A stretch of 64,000 nucleotides of DNA, from assembly GCA_964016885.1 (NCBI GenBank), contig OZ024740.1:1302001-1366000 (forward strand), read 5' to 3'. Under the pieces are notes generated by a model. It was not told where the DNA came from and did not search any database. It saw nothing but the letters and a program-made list of their open reading frames with translations. Below, one piece after another: positions 1 through 10,400 of this stretch; position 1 is the stretch's first letter; each line of letters opens with the position of its first letter. The DNA is from Eledone cirrhosa. Its lineage: Eukaryota. The translations under genes were made by a program, and so were the position numbers.

Positions 1-94
1 CAATGGAACAAGACTGCTTTTGAAATTAACATGCAAGTGGCTGAGCTTTCCATTTGCATATGTTCCCTTAATGTAATACTCAGGGAGATTCAGT

Positions 95-1610
95 TTGACA
101 CAGAATGAGGTCGTACCAAAGGACTGGCGTAGCAGCATCATCATTAACTGCTACCAGGGTAAAGGAGATGCTCTAGATAGGGGAAACTATAGAAGCATTA
201 AATTAATTGACCAGGTCATGAAGGTCACAGAAAAAGTGATAGCGCAACTAATGAGAGAGCGAATTGATCTAGATGAAATGCAGTTCGGGTTTGTGTCAGA
301 TAAAAGAACCACAGACGCTCTTTTCATTGTACGACAACTACAGGAGAAGTACCTAGCTAAAAGTAAACCCCTCTACTTAGCTTTTGTAGACCTGGAGAAA
401 GTCTTTGACAGAGTCCCACGCCCCATTATCTGGTGGGCTCTCAGAAAACTAGGTGTAGATGAATGGCTTGTGAGGGCTATACAAGCCATGTATAAAGAAA
501 CAGTCAGCAAGGTTAGAATTAACAATGAATATAGTGAAGAGTTTAGCGTAAAAGTTGGTGTTCATTAGGGCTCCGTCCTTTGCCCCCTCCTATTTATTAT
601 CGCCCTCCAGGCTATAACAGAAGAGTTCAAGACCGGCTGCGCATGGGAACTTCTATACACAGACGATCTAACGCTCATAGCCGAATCAATGGCTGAACTA
701 GAGAAGTATTTCCAAACATGGAAGCACGGCCTAGAATCAAAAGGCCTTAAAGTTAACTTGTCTAAGACTAAAGTCCTAATATGTAGGAAGGAGAATAGGG
801 CACTGGTCCCATCTGGGAAATGGCCATGCTCAGTGTGTAGGAAAAGAGTAGGCAGAAACTCCATTTTATGTCCCAAATGCAAAGTATGGGTGCATAAAAG
901 ATGTAGTGGGATGACAGGTAAGCTAACTAAGAATATAGATTTTATATGTGGCCGGTGCTCTGGTGCAATAAGTAGCAGCAAGTGCCCACAGAATACTAGC
1001 TCATTCCATTGCACAGATGGTTCTATAGAAATAGTGGACACCTTCCGTTACCTGGGTGACAAAATCAGCAGTGGTGGAGGGTGCTCTGAAAGTACAGTAG
1101 CTAGAGTCAGAACGGGATGGAAAAAGTTCAGAGAGCTTATGCCACAATTGGCCGCTAAAGGTTTCTCTAAAAATGAAAGGCAGGCTGTATGATGCCTGCA
1201 TACGAACAGCAATGTTACATGGCAATGAGACTTGGGCATTGTGTGCAGAGGATCTACGCAGACTGGAGAGGAACGAAGCCTGCATGCTCCGCTGGGTGTG
1301 TAATAGTAATATACGTGAACGGCAAAGCATAAATGAACTAAGTGAGAAATTAGGAATAAGAGGGATCAGATGCTGTTTACTCGAGAGAAGACTATGTTGG
1401 TATGGTCACGTGATGCGCATGAAAGATGACAGCTGAATAAAAAAGTGCAAGGCTATCAAAATAGATGGAAGCTACGGAGTAGGCAGACCCAGAAAAACCT
1501 GGGACGACTTGATAAAATCCGACCTCACACACTTACACCTCTCCAAGACAATGTCACTGGATCGAGATCCTTGGCGCTACGTAGTAATACAGAAGACCCG
1601 CCTTGCCTAA
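95..1610 (+). pseudogene. Disrupted RTE reverse transcriptase ORF (three ORF-track pieces plus read-through to the natural stop)
   Basis: 95-568 and 689-1192 are in one frame, joined across a premature TAG at 566-568 (QG motif position). Frameshift near 1165-1173. Premature TGA at 1434-1436 (W position), then IKKCKAIKIDG..GRPRKTW..KTRLA to TAA at 1608-1610. Confidence 0.9.
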
Positions 1611-2000
1611 GTACAAAGCGAAACCTACAGTCAGTAGGCAACCCTTAACCAAAATACACCCCGTCCCACTACCCCTACTCCCACCGCCATCTACACCACC
1701 CCTTTCGATGTAAAGTTATGTTGGTGCCACAACATCCAGGCCGAAACAAATGAGGTCGTGTAGGTGTCACGACAAAAAAAACACACAGTCCACGCTGTAA
1801 TGTGGCCGTGTAGGTAACACGGTAAAAACCTCCCAGTCCACACGGTAAATGTGGTTGGTGTTAGGAAGGGCATCCAACTGTAGAAAACCTGCCAGACAGT
1901 CCTATACGAGCAAGACGACCAATCTTGCCTCAAGTGGGACAATTCCCGTCCAGACCCATCCTAGCGTGGAAAATGGACGTTAAACGATGATGATGATGAT
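95..2000 (+). mobile_element. 5'-truncated, decayed RTE-clade non-LTR retrotransposon (RT half plus 3' UTR and (GAT)n tail)
   Basis: RT motifs PKDW..GKGD..NYR, QFGF, FVDLEKVFDRV, GVH*GSVLCPLLF and YTDD (656-667). RTE-type C-terminus GRPRKTW..DRDPWR. 3' end reads GGAAAATGGACGTTAAACGATGATGATGATGAT. Confidence 0.93.
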
Positions 2001-2063
2001 AATGTAAAGAATGGGTCTATAATATTTTGTAAGAGAGGAATAAAGTTATTCTGGGGAGAATAC

Positions 2064-2093
2064 TCCCCAGTATTTCACTGGTACTTTATTTTA
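2064..2093 (-). mobile_element. Short fragment of the local SINE family
   Basis: CCCCAGTATTTCACTGGTACTTTATTTTA is the approximate reverse complement of the core TAAAATAAAGTACCAGT..CTGGGG seen at 3185-3213. Confidence 0.6.
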
Positions 2094-2182
2094 AACACTC
2101 CTTCCAGTGGGTCCTTTCAGAAACAACCATCTCCAACTGATCCAGCTGGATCCCCAAGCAAGACCAGCCAAGATCATGGATG

Positions 2183-3040
2183 CTATCGAGTAACGTTACT
2201 CCAAAGACCCTTTGGAAGAACCCTATTGAGTTCGCTAACTATGAGACTATGTTGGGAGTTGCATTCTTCATGGGGGAGGCATTTAGTGTTTACAACAGAC
2301 ACTCTGTCTCGTCTTCTGGTAAGGATATAATCTATCTGACTGGCGTGTTCCCCTGATCTATAGGTGATCAAGTGATTGTCTCGTTTTTTGAAGTTTGTGT
2401 TACAGATAGTTAGATTATTTGCGTCACAGAATTCCAGGATTCTGGAGCCTTCCTCATTTCTAGTACCAAACCCATAGCCTCCGTGGATTCCGTCATAGCC
2501 GTCACAGTGTTGTCCAACGTGACCATTTAGGTCGCCAGCAATAATTATATAGTGACTGTCGGTTATTTGGGAGGTAGTGAGCATTAACGACTCATAGTAT
2601 CTGTCTTTTATAATGCCAGGCAGTCCGGGTTGGGGTGCATATGCAGATATTATTGTCACAGTATTTCTATTGAGGACAAGTCTTATTTTAATTATTCTGT
2701 CATTCACTCTATTTACGTCTATTATCTTATCTGCCCATTTTTCTGCTAGCATGATTCCTACTCCACCCAGCCCATTGTCATTTCCCACCCAGAAAAGCTT
2801 ATGGCATCGTTTTTTACCCACAATGAATCTAGCAGACCCACCCCTCCACCTGGTCTCTTGGATACAGCAAACATCAACCTCCTTACGTTCAAGCATCTCT
2901 ACAACCTCGTTAGTGCGACCTTTTAAGGTACCTACATTCTTGGTACCAACTCTGAAGTTTTGAATTGTGTTTGGTGGGTGGGAAGGATAGGGCGCAGGGA
3001 GGGTTGAGAGAGATGGGGCTATGTTAACCGTCCGTGGCAT
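2183..3040 (-). pseudogene. APE-type endonuclease domain of an RTE-clade LINE, 3'-truncated
   Basis: Open 285-aa frame with motifs GTKNVGTL, CCIQETRW, SAYAPQ, AGDLNGHVG, SQIDYIL and SQHSL. Similarity stops at the end of the EN domain (~2225) and no RT follows on this strand. Confidence 0.9.
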
Positions 3041-3138
3041 AAATAAAGAGGAGGAATCCTTGTATTCTCATCCGGCAGCATGAGGTGAATTTGTCTTTAT
3101 CTTTGGCATTGTCACTGAGTGTCCAGACATTCTCAACT

Positions 3139-3300
3139 GAAATCCTTTCACAGCCAACTTTGCCTTTCATCCTTACAGGGTCGATAAAATAAAGTACCAG
3201 TTATGCACTGGGGTTGATTTAATCAACTTTCCCCTGCCCTCAAAACTGCTGGCCTTGTGCCTAAATCAGAAACCATTATTATTATTATTGTTGTTGTTAT
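3139..3300 (+). mobile_element. SINE copy (tRNA-derived family), 5'-partial, with (ATT)n tail
   Basis: Core GCCTTTCATCC..GGGTCGATAAAATAAAGTACCAG..TTGTGCCTAAA, then ATTATTATT. Matches the adjacent copy at 3337-3488. Confidence 0.8.
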
Positions 3301-3336
3301 TACATGTTTTGTGTCATTTAATTACGACCTTATATA

Positions 3337-3488
3337 TTCTGAGTTCAAATCCCACCAAGATTAGTTTTGTCTTTCATCTCTACGGGGTTGATAAAATAAA
3401 GTACCAGTAATGATTTGGGGTTGATTTAATTGACTTTCCTCTCCCTCAAAATTATTGGTTTTGTGCCTAAATGAGGAACCATTATTTT
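3337..3488 (+). mobile_element. SINE copy with Pol III B-box
   Basis: GAGTTCAAATCCC B-box-like motif at 3341, same core as 3139-3300, ends AACCATTATT. Confidence 0.8.
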
Positions 3489-3622
3489 AATGAAGGTCTT
3501 ATGGAAAGATTTTTATAAATCTTGCTTAAACTTGTGTGCCATGCCAACAACTTGAACTCACAAGCTGATGACACAGCAGTATCAGCTGTTCTTGATAATA
3601 CAATATGCTGACACACATATCT

Positions 3623-4581
3623 AACTAGACATGAAAAATGCGCAAGCTCAAAAGTGCCACAGAATGTTATAATAAACCTTCAAAAGTGTGGGACTAGAGT
3701 TATTGCTAAAAAATATTGTAATCATTATATATCGTACATTCTGTGGCATCCTTTATAAAAATAGCTTAAACCAACGAAGCCTTTATTTTTACGCTATTTC
3801 ACTTAGTTAATTCTTAGAGTGTAACATATAAAAATATGATTTACAACTATAAAATAAATTAATTAATATAATAACAGAGCTGCGGAGCTGAAATTTAGGA
3901 AATAATGGAGTATCGGATCCTGAGTTGGAGCCAGTCAATTTTTGGCCAACTCCGCAGCCCTGTATAATACATTTCATATTAAAGTTATTAATAAACCTAT
4001 TTTACACTTCATGCAAATTACCACGAGATATTGATATTAGATATAAGATACAGCGCAATATCTACAGCTGTAAAAGTACGAAAGCGAAGTAATAATAAGT
4101 GGCTTAAGGTAATTCCAATATGAAAGTTTGTAGTGATAAAAATTTGATAATGCAATACGATTGTTAATATTATAGTTCTATGAAAATGTAACAATAGATA
4201 ACTAAATTATTTTACTATTAGTATATTTAAGAAATTATCATTATAGATTTGATCGTTCATATAAGCATCATATTAAGTTTCAACACAATTATTTTGTTAC
4301 TATGAGTATATGATAATAATATTACGTAATTATTTATAGCTGTTATTACATTAAACATAGATGTATTTATTTTTATATGTTACACTCTAAGAATTAACTA
4401 AGTGAAATAGCGTAAAAATAAAGGCTTCGTTGGTTTAAGCTATTTTTATAAAGGATGCCACAGAATGTACGATATATAATGATTACAATATTTTTTAGCA
4501 ACAACTCTAGTCCCACACTTTTGAAGGTTTATTATAACATTCTGTGGCACTTTTGAGCTTGCGCATTTTTCATGTCTAGTT
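3623..4581. mobile_element. Non-autonomous long-inverted-repeat (foldback/MITE-like) element
   Basis: 3623-3836 and 4368-4581 are reverse complements (214 bp, one mismatch seen). 531-bp AT-rich spacer, termini AACTAGAC...GTCTAGTT, no clear TSD. Confidence 0.8.
3875..3962. mobile_element. 88-bp hAT-type MITE nested in the spacer of the inverted-repeat element
   Basis: 16-bp TIRs CAGAGCTGCGGAGCTG / CAACTCCGCAGCCCTG (14/16 match). 8-bp flanks TATAATAA / TATAATAC fit an 8-bp hAT TSD with one mismatch. Confidence 0.75.
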
Positions 4582-5177
4582 TAATATTTTTTTAAGGCAA
4601 CGCTTGTAATAACTCTAGTTAAACAGGATATATATTAATAATAAATTATCGTTGTAATGTAATTAGATTATGTAATTGTTATTATAAATTATCTTATAAA
4701 TATTAGTGTAAGATGTATAAAAATATTTTCAGACTTTTAATATAAACAACTACAAAAAACAATCAATATTAAATCAATATATTATACATAATAGAAAACA
4801 TAAAATATACAATACAAAAACAAAATATTTACATACAATTGCAATTATCAGTGTATATACATTTTCTTTATATTCCCTGAGCAAATTAATAAGATTTGTT
4901 TTTATTATACATAATTTGATGACTTGTTGGAGTGTATTAAAAGATAGCAACAATTTGTGATTAAATTGTTATCTTAAGCAACTCACTTTTTAATAGTTGT
5001 TGGCTGAGCGAAATTGTAAAAGCCTATGAGCAAATATAAAAAAAAATACACAAACAACATTTCCTTGTGTTATTACAACATTAGATAAAATAATTGAGCA
5101 ATGTCGTTATATTTTGCTCTTATTGCACATTAATAGTGTTTCTATTTTTCGGCACAAATCCATTACGGCAGTCCATT

Positions 5178-5300
5178 ACTGGTACTTTATTTTATCGAAT
5201 TAGTAAGTATGAAAGTCGAAGTTAACCTCGGCAGGATTTGAACTTAGAATGCAAAGGACCATAACAATACTGCAAAGCATGGTGTCTGACGCTCTACCAA
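5178..5300 (-). mobile_element. SINE copy (same family), including tRNA-like head
   Basis: ACTGGTACTTTATTTTATCGA..GGATTTGAACTTAGAA is the reverse complement of the core plus B-box. Confidence 0.75.
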
Positions 5301-5696
5301 TACTTGTGTTGAGCTGGTCATTAATTTATGGTGGTCGTGCGTGGAGTAGAGCAATCGCTAGTTGAAATATTATGAACAAAACATTTTTATTTGCCGAAGA
5401 ACATATTTTCAATACTGTTTGTGAATGTGACGAAGGAAATACATTCTGATATGGAACAGTGTACAAAGTGTGTCTGTGAATAACATAATGTTACCTCATG
5501 TTGTTGTCAAGACATAATGGATTTCGTATATCCAGTTAGAAGATGAAACCTAGCCATCTCGGATTAGTTATATTTCATGCCATGTGTAAACGTGTTTGAG
5601 GATAGCAAAATATGCGCGTTAATTATAATAATTAGTTAATAATATTACAAAATATACCTAATTAAACTCTTTGCTTGAAATTTTATCATTCTTCGT

Positions 5697-5697
5697 T

Positions 5698-5733
<36 letters not shown>
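5697..5733. repeat. Compound (TA)n(GA)n microsatellite
   Basis: Direct reading. Confidence 0.95.
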
Positions 5734-6091
5734 TTTATCTAGTCCTTCGCTCAAGATTAATCTATAAGTTTAGATGTTTGCCTTCGTTTAAGTAAATATT
5801 ACAGTAAGATTTTTAATATAAACAACTACAAAAAACAATTAATATTAAAACGAAAAAATTATCAATGATAAAAGAAGCGGATGCAACTTTTTTTTTTATA
5901 AAGTTATATTCCTGTTTCTTTAAAGAACATTTCATTTTGTTCTATTGTAGGCGAAATAATGCAATGGTTTAATAGGGAAGATATAACTTACCAATTATGT
6001 CTCTAACCGTGTAACGCTTTTTAAGTAGATAACTACAATTGAAAATACTAAAGAAATGGAACCAACAATTCAATTTGAAAGTCGTCTAGTG

Positions 6092-6146
6092 ACAGTGTAT
6101 TACTGGTACTTTATTTTATCGACCCCGTAACGATGAAAGGCAAAAA
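6092..6146 (-). mobile_element. SINE fragment (same family)
   Basis: TACTGGTACTTTATTTTATCGACCCCGTAACGATGAAAGGCAAA. Confidence 0.75.
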
Positions 6147-6171
6147 TGCAAATGCTTAAAATTTAAATTGC

Positions 6172-6272
6172 CTTAATTCTATCGTCTGCTGTTTCATTAA
6201 AGGGAGATTCTCGTCTGTATTTAATTCTATCGTCTACTGTTCCACTAAACAGATATACCTCCACTATCGTCT
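6172..6272 (+). repeat. Short degenerate tandem repeat (TTAATTCTATCGTCT.CTGTT..A.TAAA, 2-3 copies)
   Basis: Copies at ~6173 and ~6221, partial copies at ~6208 and ~6264. Confidence 0.6.
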
Positions 6273-6498
6273 CTATTTATACATTTTAACTTATACACAT
6301 TTGATTTGAAATATTTTATCTAGTCCCCCCTCTCAATATTATGATGATTTCTTTCGAATGAAACAGTTCTAGTCCTGTAGAAGCCATTTATATATATAAT
6401 TGAACTGAGTTAAAAATTCACAATATTTATAATTAAATAAGCTCATATATATATGTGTGTATTTATCTGTTTATTGTATTATATATAATGTGTGTATA

Positions 6499-6665
6499 TA
6501 CAGGATGTCCCCCAAAAATATATACACACTTCAACAGCATTCTAATAACTATTGCCTGTACAGGTAATCAAAGTGTCAATCGAATGTTAGTTTCGTGTTT
6601 TAACAGTACAAATTTACAATACACACATAAAACCAGTGTATATACATACATGAGTGTGTATACAC
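6499..6665. mobile_element. Possible decayed Tc1/mariner-type MITE end inside (TA/TG)n low-complexity DNA
   Basis: TA|CAGGATGTCCCCCAAAAATATATACACACTT resembles CAGGGTGTCCC-type mariner termini. The second terminus is not clearly present. Confidence 0.35.
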
Positions 6666-6744
6666 ATACATGAATGTGTATATACAATATATATGTATAT
6701 ATATATAGACACATATATTCACGGTGCAACGGTACATTAAAATA

Positions 6745-6990
6745 TAGATGCGGGAGAGGGGGAGTGTATATATATAGGGGCGCTGGGGATAAAGGAGTGT
6801 AAAGCGTGTGTAATTGATATATTGAAGGAGAGGAGCGTGCAGCGATAGAGTAACAAATATATAGAGAGGGGGAGAGATGGTATTGAAGGGGAGGAGTGCA
6901 AAGCGAAAGAGTAAGAGATATATATAGAGACGGAACAGATAGAGAGAAACAGGCGTAAGTAACAGTGGAAGAGATATAGAGAGAGGTACT
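6745..6990 (+). repeat. Purine-rich (GA) region with ~61-bp degenerate tandem units
   Basis: TATTGAAGG.GAGGAG...AGCGA.AGAGTAA at ~6820 and 6881, with a related GGAGTGTAAAGCG at ~6794. Confidence 0.6.
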
Positions 6991-7059
6991 CTGATTGGTT
7001 GAAAATTAGCAAATGACATACGATCACCACCACCACGGCTATCCCCGAAACATTTTTAT

Positions 7060-7210
7060 AGAAGCTAGGCATATATGTTAGAACACGAAAAGTGAACATT
7101 CTGTTGTTTCACACTTTTCGTGTTCTAACAGATTGAAGAAGCTAGGCATATATGTTAGAACACGAAAAGTGAACATTCTGTTGTTTCACACTTTTCGTGT
7201 TCTAACAGAT
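7060..7210. repeat. Exact tandem duplication (period 77 bp), each copy holding a 19-bp perfect inverted repeat
   Basis: TGTTAGAACACGAAAAGTG - 17 nt - CACTTTTCGTGTTCTAACA at 7076-7130 and 7153-7207. Confidence 0.95.
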
Positions 7211-7256
7211 ATAACTACAAAATAACTTGATGAGTCATACTTCTGTTACGTTGGCA

Positions 7257-7363
7257 ACTGAGTGTAACTACAGCTGCATTGCTGGTTGTAGTGGGAGTGA
7301 TAGTTATAACAACAGCTGTAGTACTGAGTGGAGCTACAGCTGTGTTGCTGGTAGTGGTGGGAG
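7257..7363. repeat. Diverged ~66-bp-period duplication
   Basis: ACTGAGTGTAACTACAGCTGCATTGCTGGTTGTAGTGGGAG versus ACTGAGTGGAGCTACAGCTGTGTTGCTGGTAGTGGTGGGAG. Confidence 0.7.
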
Positions 7364-7413
7364 GAACAATAATGATATTGACATAGCAACAACAGTACAG
7401 TGAAGATCTGTCA

Positions 7414-10400
7414 TGTTTGGTGGTATGGTCTAACAGTCAGTTGTTTGGTGGTATGGTTTAACAGTCAGATGTTTGGTGGTATGGTTTAACAGTCAGTTGT
7501 TTGGTGGTATGGTTTAACAGTCAGTTGTTTGGTGGTATGGTTTAACAGTCAGATGTTTGGTGGTATGGTTTAACAGTCAGATGTTTGGTGGTATGGTTTA
7601 AAAGTCAGATGTTTGGTGGTATGGTTTAACAGTCAGATGTTTAGTGGTATGGTTTAACAGTCAGATGTTTGGTGGTATGGTTTAACAGTCAGTTGTTTGG
7701 TGGTATGGTTTAACAGTCAGATGTTTGGTGGTATGGTTTAACAGTCAGTTGTTTGGTGGTATGGTTTAACAGTCAGTTGTTTGGTGGTATGGTTTAACAG
7801 TCAGTTGTTTGGTGGTATGGTTTAACAGTCAGTTGTTTGGTGGTATGGTTTAACAGTCAGTTGTTTGGTGGTATGGTTTAACAGTCAGATGTTTGGTGGT
7901 ATGGTTTAACAGTCAGTTGTTTGGTGGTATGGTTTAACAGTCAGTTGTTTGGTGGTATGGTTTAACAGTCAGTTGTTTGGTGGTATGGTTTAACAGTCAG
8001 ATGTTTGGTGGTATGGTTTAACAGTCAGTTGTTTGGTGGTATGGTTTAACAGTCAGATGTTTGGTAGTATGGTTTAACAGTCAGTTGTTTGGTGGTATGG
8101 TTTAACAGTCAGATGTTTGGTGGTATGGTTTAACAGTCAGATGTTTGCTGGTATGGTTTAACAGTCAGTTGTTTGGTGGTATGGTTTAACAGTCAGATGT
8201 TTGGTGGTATGGTTTAACAGTCAGTTGTTTGGTGGTATGGTTTAACAGTCAGATGTTTGGTGGTATGGTTTAACAGTCAGTTGTTTGGTGGTATGGTTTA
8301 ACAGTCAGTTGTTTGGTGGTATGGTTTAACAGTCTGTTGTTTGGTGGTATGGTTTAACAGTCAGTTGTTTGGTGGTATGGTTTAACAGTCAGTTGTTTGG
8401 TGGTATGGTTTAACAGTCAGATGTTTGGTGGTATGGTTTAACAGTCAGTTGTTTGGTGGTATGGTTTAACAGTCAGTTGTTTGGTGGTATGGTTTAACAG
8501 TCAGTTGTTTGGTGGTATGGTTTAACAGTCAGATGTTTGGTGGTATGGTTTAACAGTCAGTTGTTTGTTGGTATGGTTTAACAGTCAGTTGTTTGGTGGT
8601 ATGGTTTAACAGTCAGTTGCTTGGTGGTATGGTTTAACAGTCAGATGTTTGGTGGTATGGTTTAACAGTCAGTTGTTTGGTGGTATGGTTTAACAGTCAG
8701 TTGTTTGGTGGTATGGTTTAACAGTCAGTTGTTTGGTGGTATGGTTTAACAGTCAGTTGTTTGGTGGTATGGTTTAACAGTCAGATGTTTGGTGGTATGG
8801 TTTAACAGTCAGTTGTTTGGTGGTATGGTTTAACAGTCAGTTGTTTGGTGGTATGGTTTAACTGTCAGTTGTTTGGTGGTATGGTTTAACAGTCAGATGT
8901 TTGGTGGTATGGTTTAACAGTCAGTTGTTTGGTGGTATGGGTTAACAGTCAGATGTTTGGTGGTATGGTTTAACAGTCAGTTGTTTGGTGGTATGGTTTA
9001 ACAGTCAGATGTTTGGTGGTATGGTTTAACAGTCAGATGTTTGGTGGTATGGTTTAACAGTCACATGTTTGGTGGTATCGTTTAACAGTCAGTTGTTTGG
9101 TGGTATGGTTTAACAGTCAGTTGTTTGGTGGTATGGTTTAACAGTCAGATGTTTGGTGGTATGGTTTAACAGTCAGTTGTTTGGTGGAATGGTTTAACAG
9201 TCAGATGTTTGGTGGTATGGTTTAACAGTCAGATGTTTGGTGGTATGGTTTAACAGTCAGATGTTTGGTGGTATGGTTTAACAGTCAGATGTTTGGTGGT
9301 ATGGTTTAACAGTCAGATGTTTGGTGGTATGGTTTAACAGTCAGATGTTTGGTGGTATGGTTTAACAGTCAGATTTTGGTGGTATGGTTTAACAGTCAGA
9401 TGTTTGGTGGTATGGTTTAACAGTCAGATGTTTGGTGGTATGGTTTAACAGTCAGATGTTTGGTGGTATGGTTTAACAGTCAGATGTTTGGTGGTATGGT
9501 TTAACAGTCAGATGTTTGGTGGTATGGTTTAACAGTCACATGTTTGGTGGTATGGTTTAACAGTCTGTTGTTTGGTGGTATGGTTTAACAGTGAGTTGTT
9601 TGGTGGTATGGTTTAACAGTCAGATGTTTGGTGGTATGGTTTAACAGTCAGTTGTTTGGTGGTATGGTTTAACAGTCAGATGTTTGGTGGTATGGTTTAA
9701 GAGTCAGTTGTTTGGTGGTATGGTTTAACAGTCAGATGTTTGGTGGTATGGTTTAACAGTCAGATGTTTGGTGGTATGGTTTAACAGTCACATGTTTGGT
9801 GGTATGGTTTAACAGTCAGTTGTTTGGTGGTATGGTTTAACAGTCAGTTGTTTGGTGGTATGGTTTAACAGTCAGATGTTTGGTGGTATGGGTTAACAGT
9901 CAGTTGTTTGGTGGTATGGTTTAACAGTCAGTTGTTTGGTGGTATGGTTTAACAGTCACATGTTTGGTGGTATGGTTTAACAGTCAGTTGTTTGGTGGTA
10001 TGGTTTAACAGTCAGTTGTTTGGTGGTATGGTTTAACAGTCAGATGTTTGGTGGTATGGTTTAACAGTCAGTTGTTTGGTGGTATGGTTTAACAGTCAGA
10101 TGTTTGGTGGTATGGTTTAACAGTTAGATGTTTGGTGGTATGGTTTAACAGTCAGATGTTTGGTGGTATGGTTTAACAGTCACATGTTTGGTGGTATGGT
10201 TTAACAATCAGATCTGATGTTTGGTGGTATGGTTTAACAGTCAGATGTTTGGTGGTATGGTTTAACAGTCAGTTGTTTGGTGGTATGGTTTAACAGTCAG
10301 TTGTTTGGTGGTATGGTTTAACAGTCAGATGTTTGGTGGTATGGTTTAACAGTCACATGTTTGGTGGTATGGTTTAACAGTCAGTTGTTTGGTGGTATGG

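Larger units (their letters stand above)
4735..5849 (+). repeat. 39-bp dispersed direct repeat (4735-4773 and 5811-5849)
   Basis: TTTTAATATAAACAACTACAAAAAACAAT(C/T)AATATTAAA occurs twice, 1076 bp apart. Confidence 0.75.

Noticed and set aside
565-1330. Minus-strand ORFs 565-1041, 1001-1330 and 1048-1239
   Set aside because: Antisense shadows of the RT sequence with no recognisable motifs.
1445-1942. ORFs 1445-1648 (+) and 1691-1942 (-)
   Set aside because: Off-frame reading of the RT C-terminus and antisense reading of the 3' UTR.
2051-2070. Hairpin CTGGGGAG-aata-CTCCCCAG as a terminator
   Set aside because: Only an 8-bp stem, overlapping a SINE fragment; intrinsic terminators are not relevant in this context.
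2613-2963. 116-aa hydrophobic + ORF
   Set aside because: Antisense shadow of the endonuclease ORF.
3337-3360. tRNA gene
   Set aside because: Only a B-box; no cloverleaf, and it is followed by SINE core sequence.
6455-7099. Three ORFs rich in Y/I/L/S
   Set aside because: Products of (TA/TG)n and GA-rich low-complexity DNA.
7214-7436. Minus-strand Thr/Val-rich open frame (PPTTTSNTAVAPLSTTAVV...)
   Set aside because: Only ~75 codons, no ATG near its 5' end, begins inside the satellite, and is explained by the 66-bp duplication; an exon cannot be fully excluded without RNA data.
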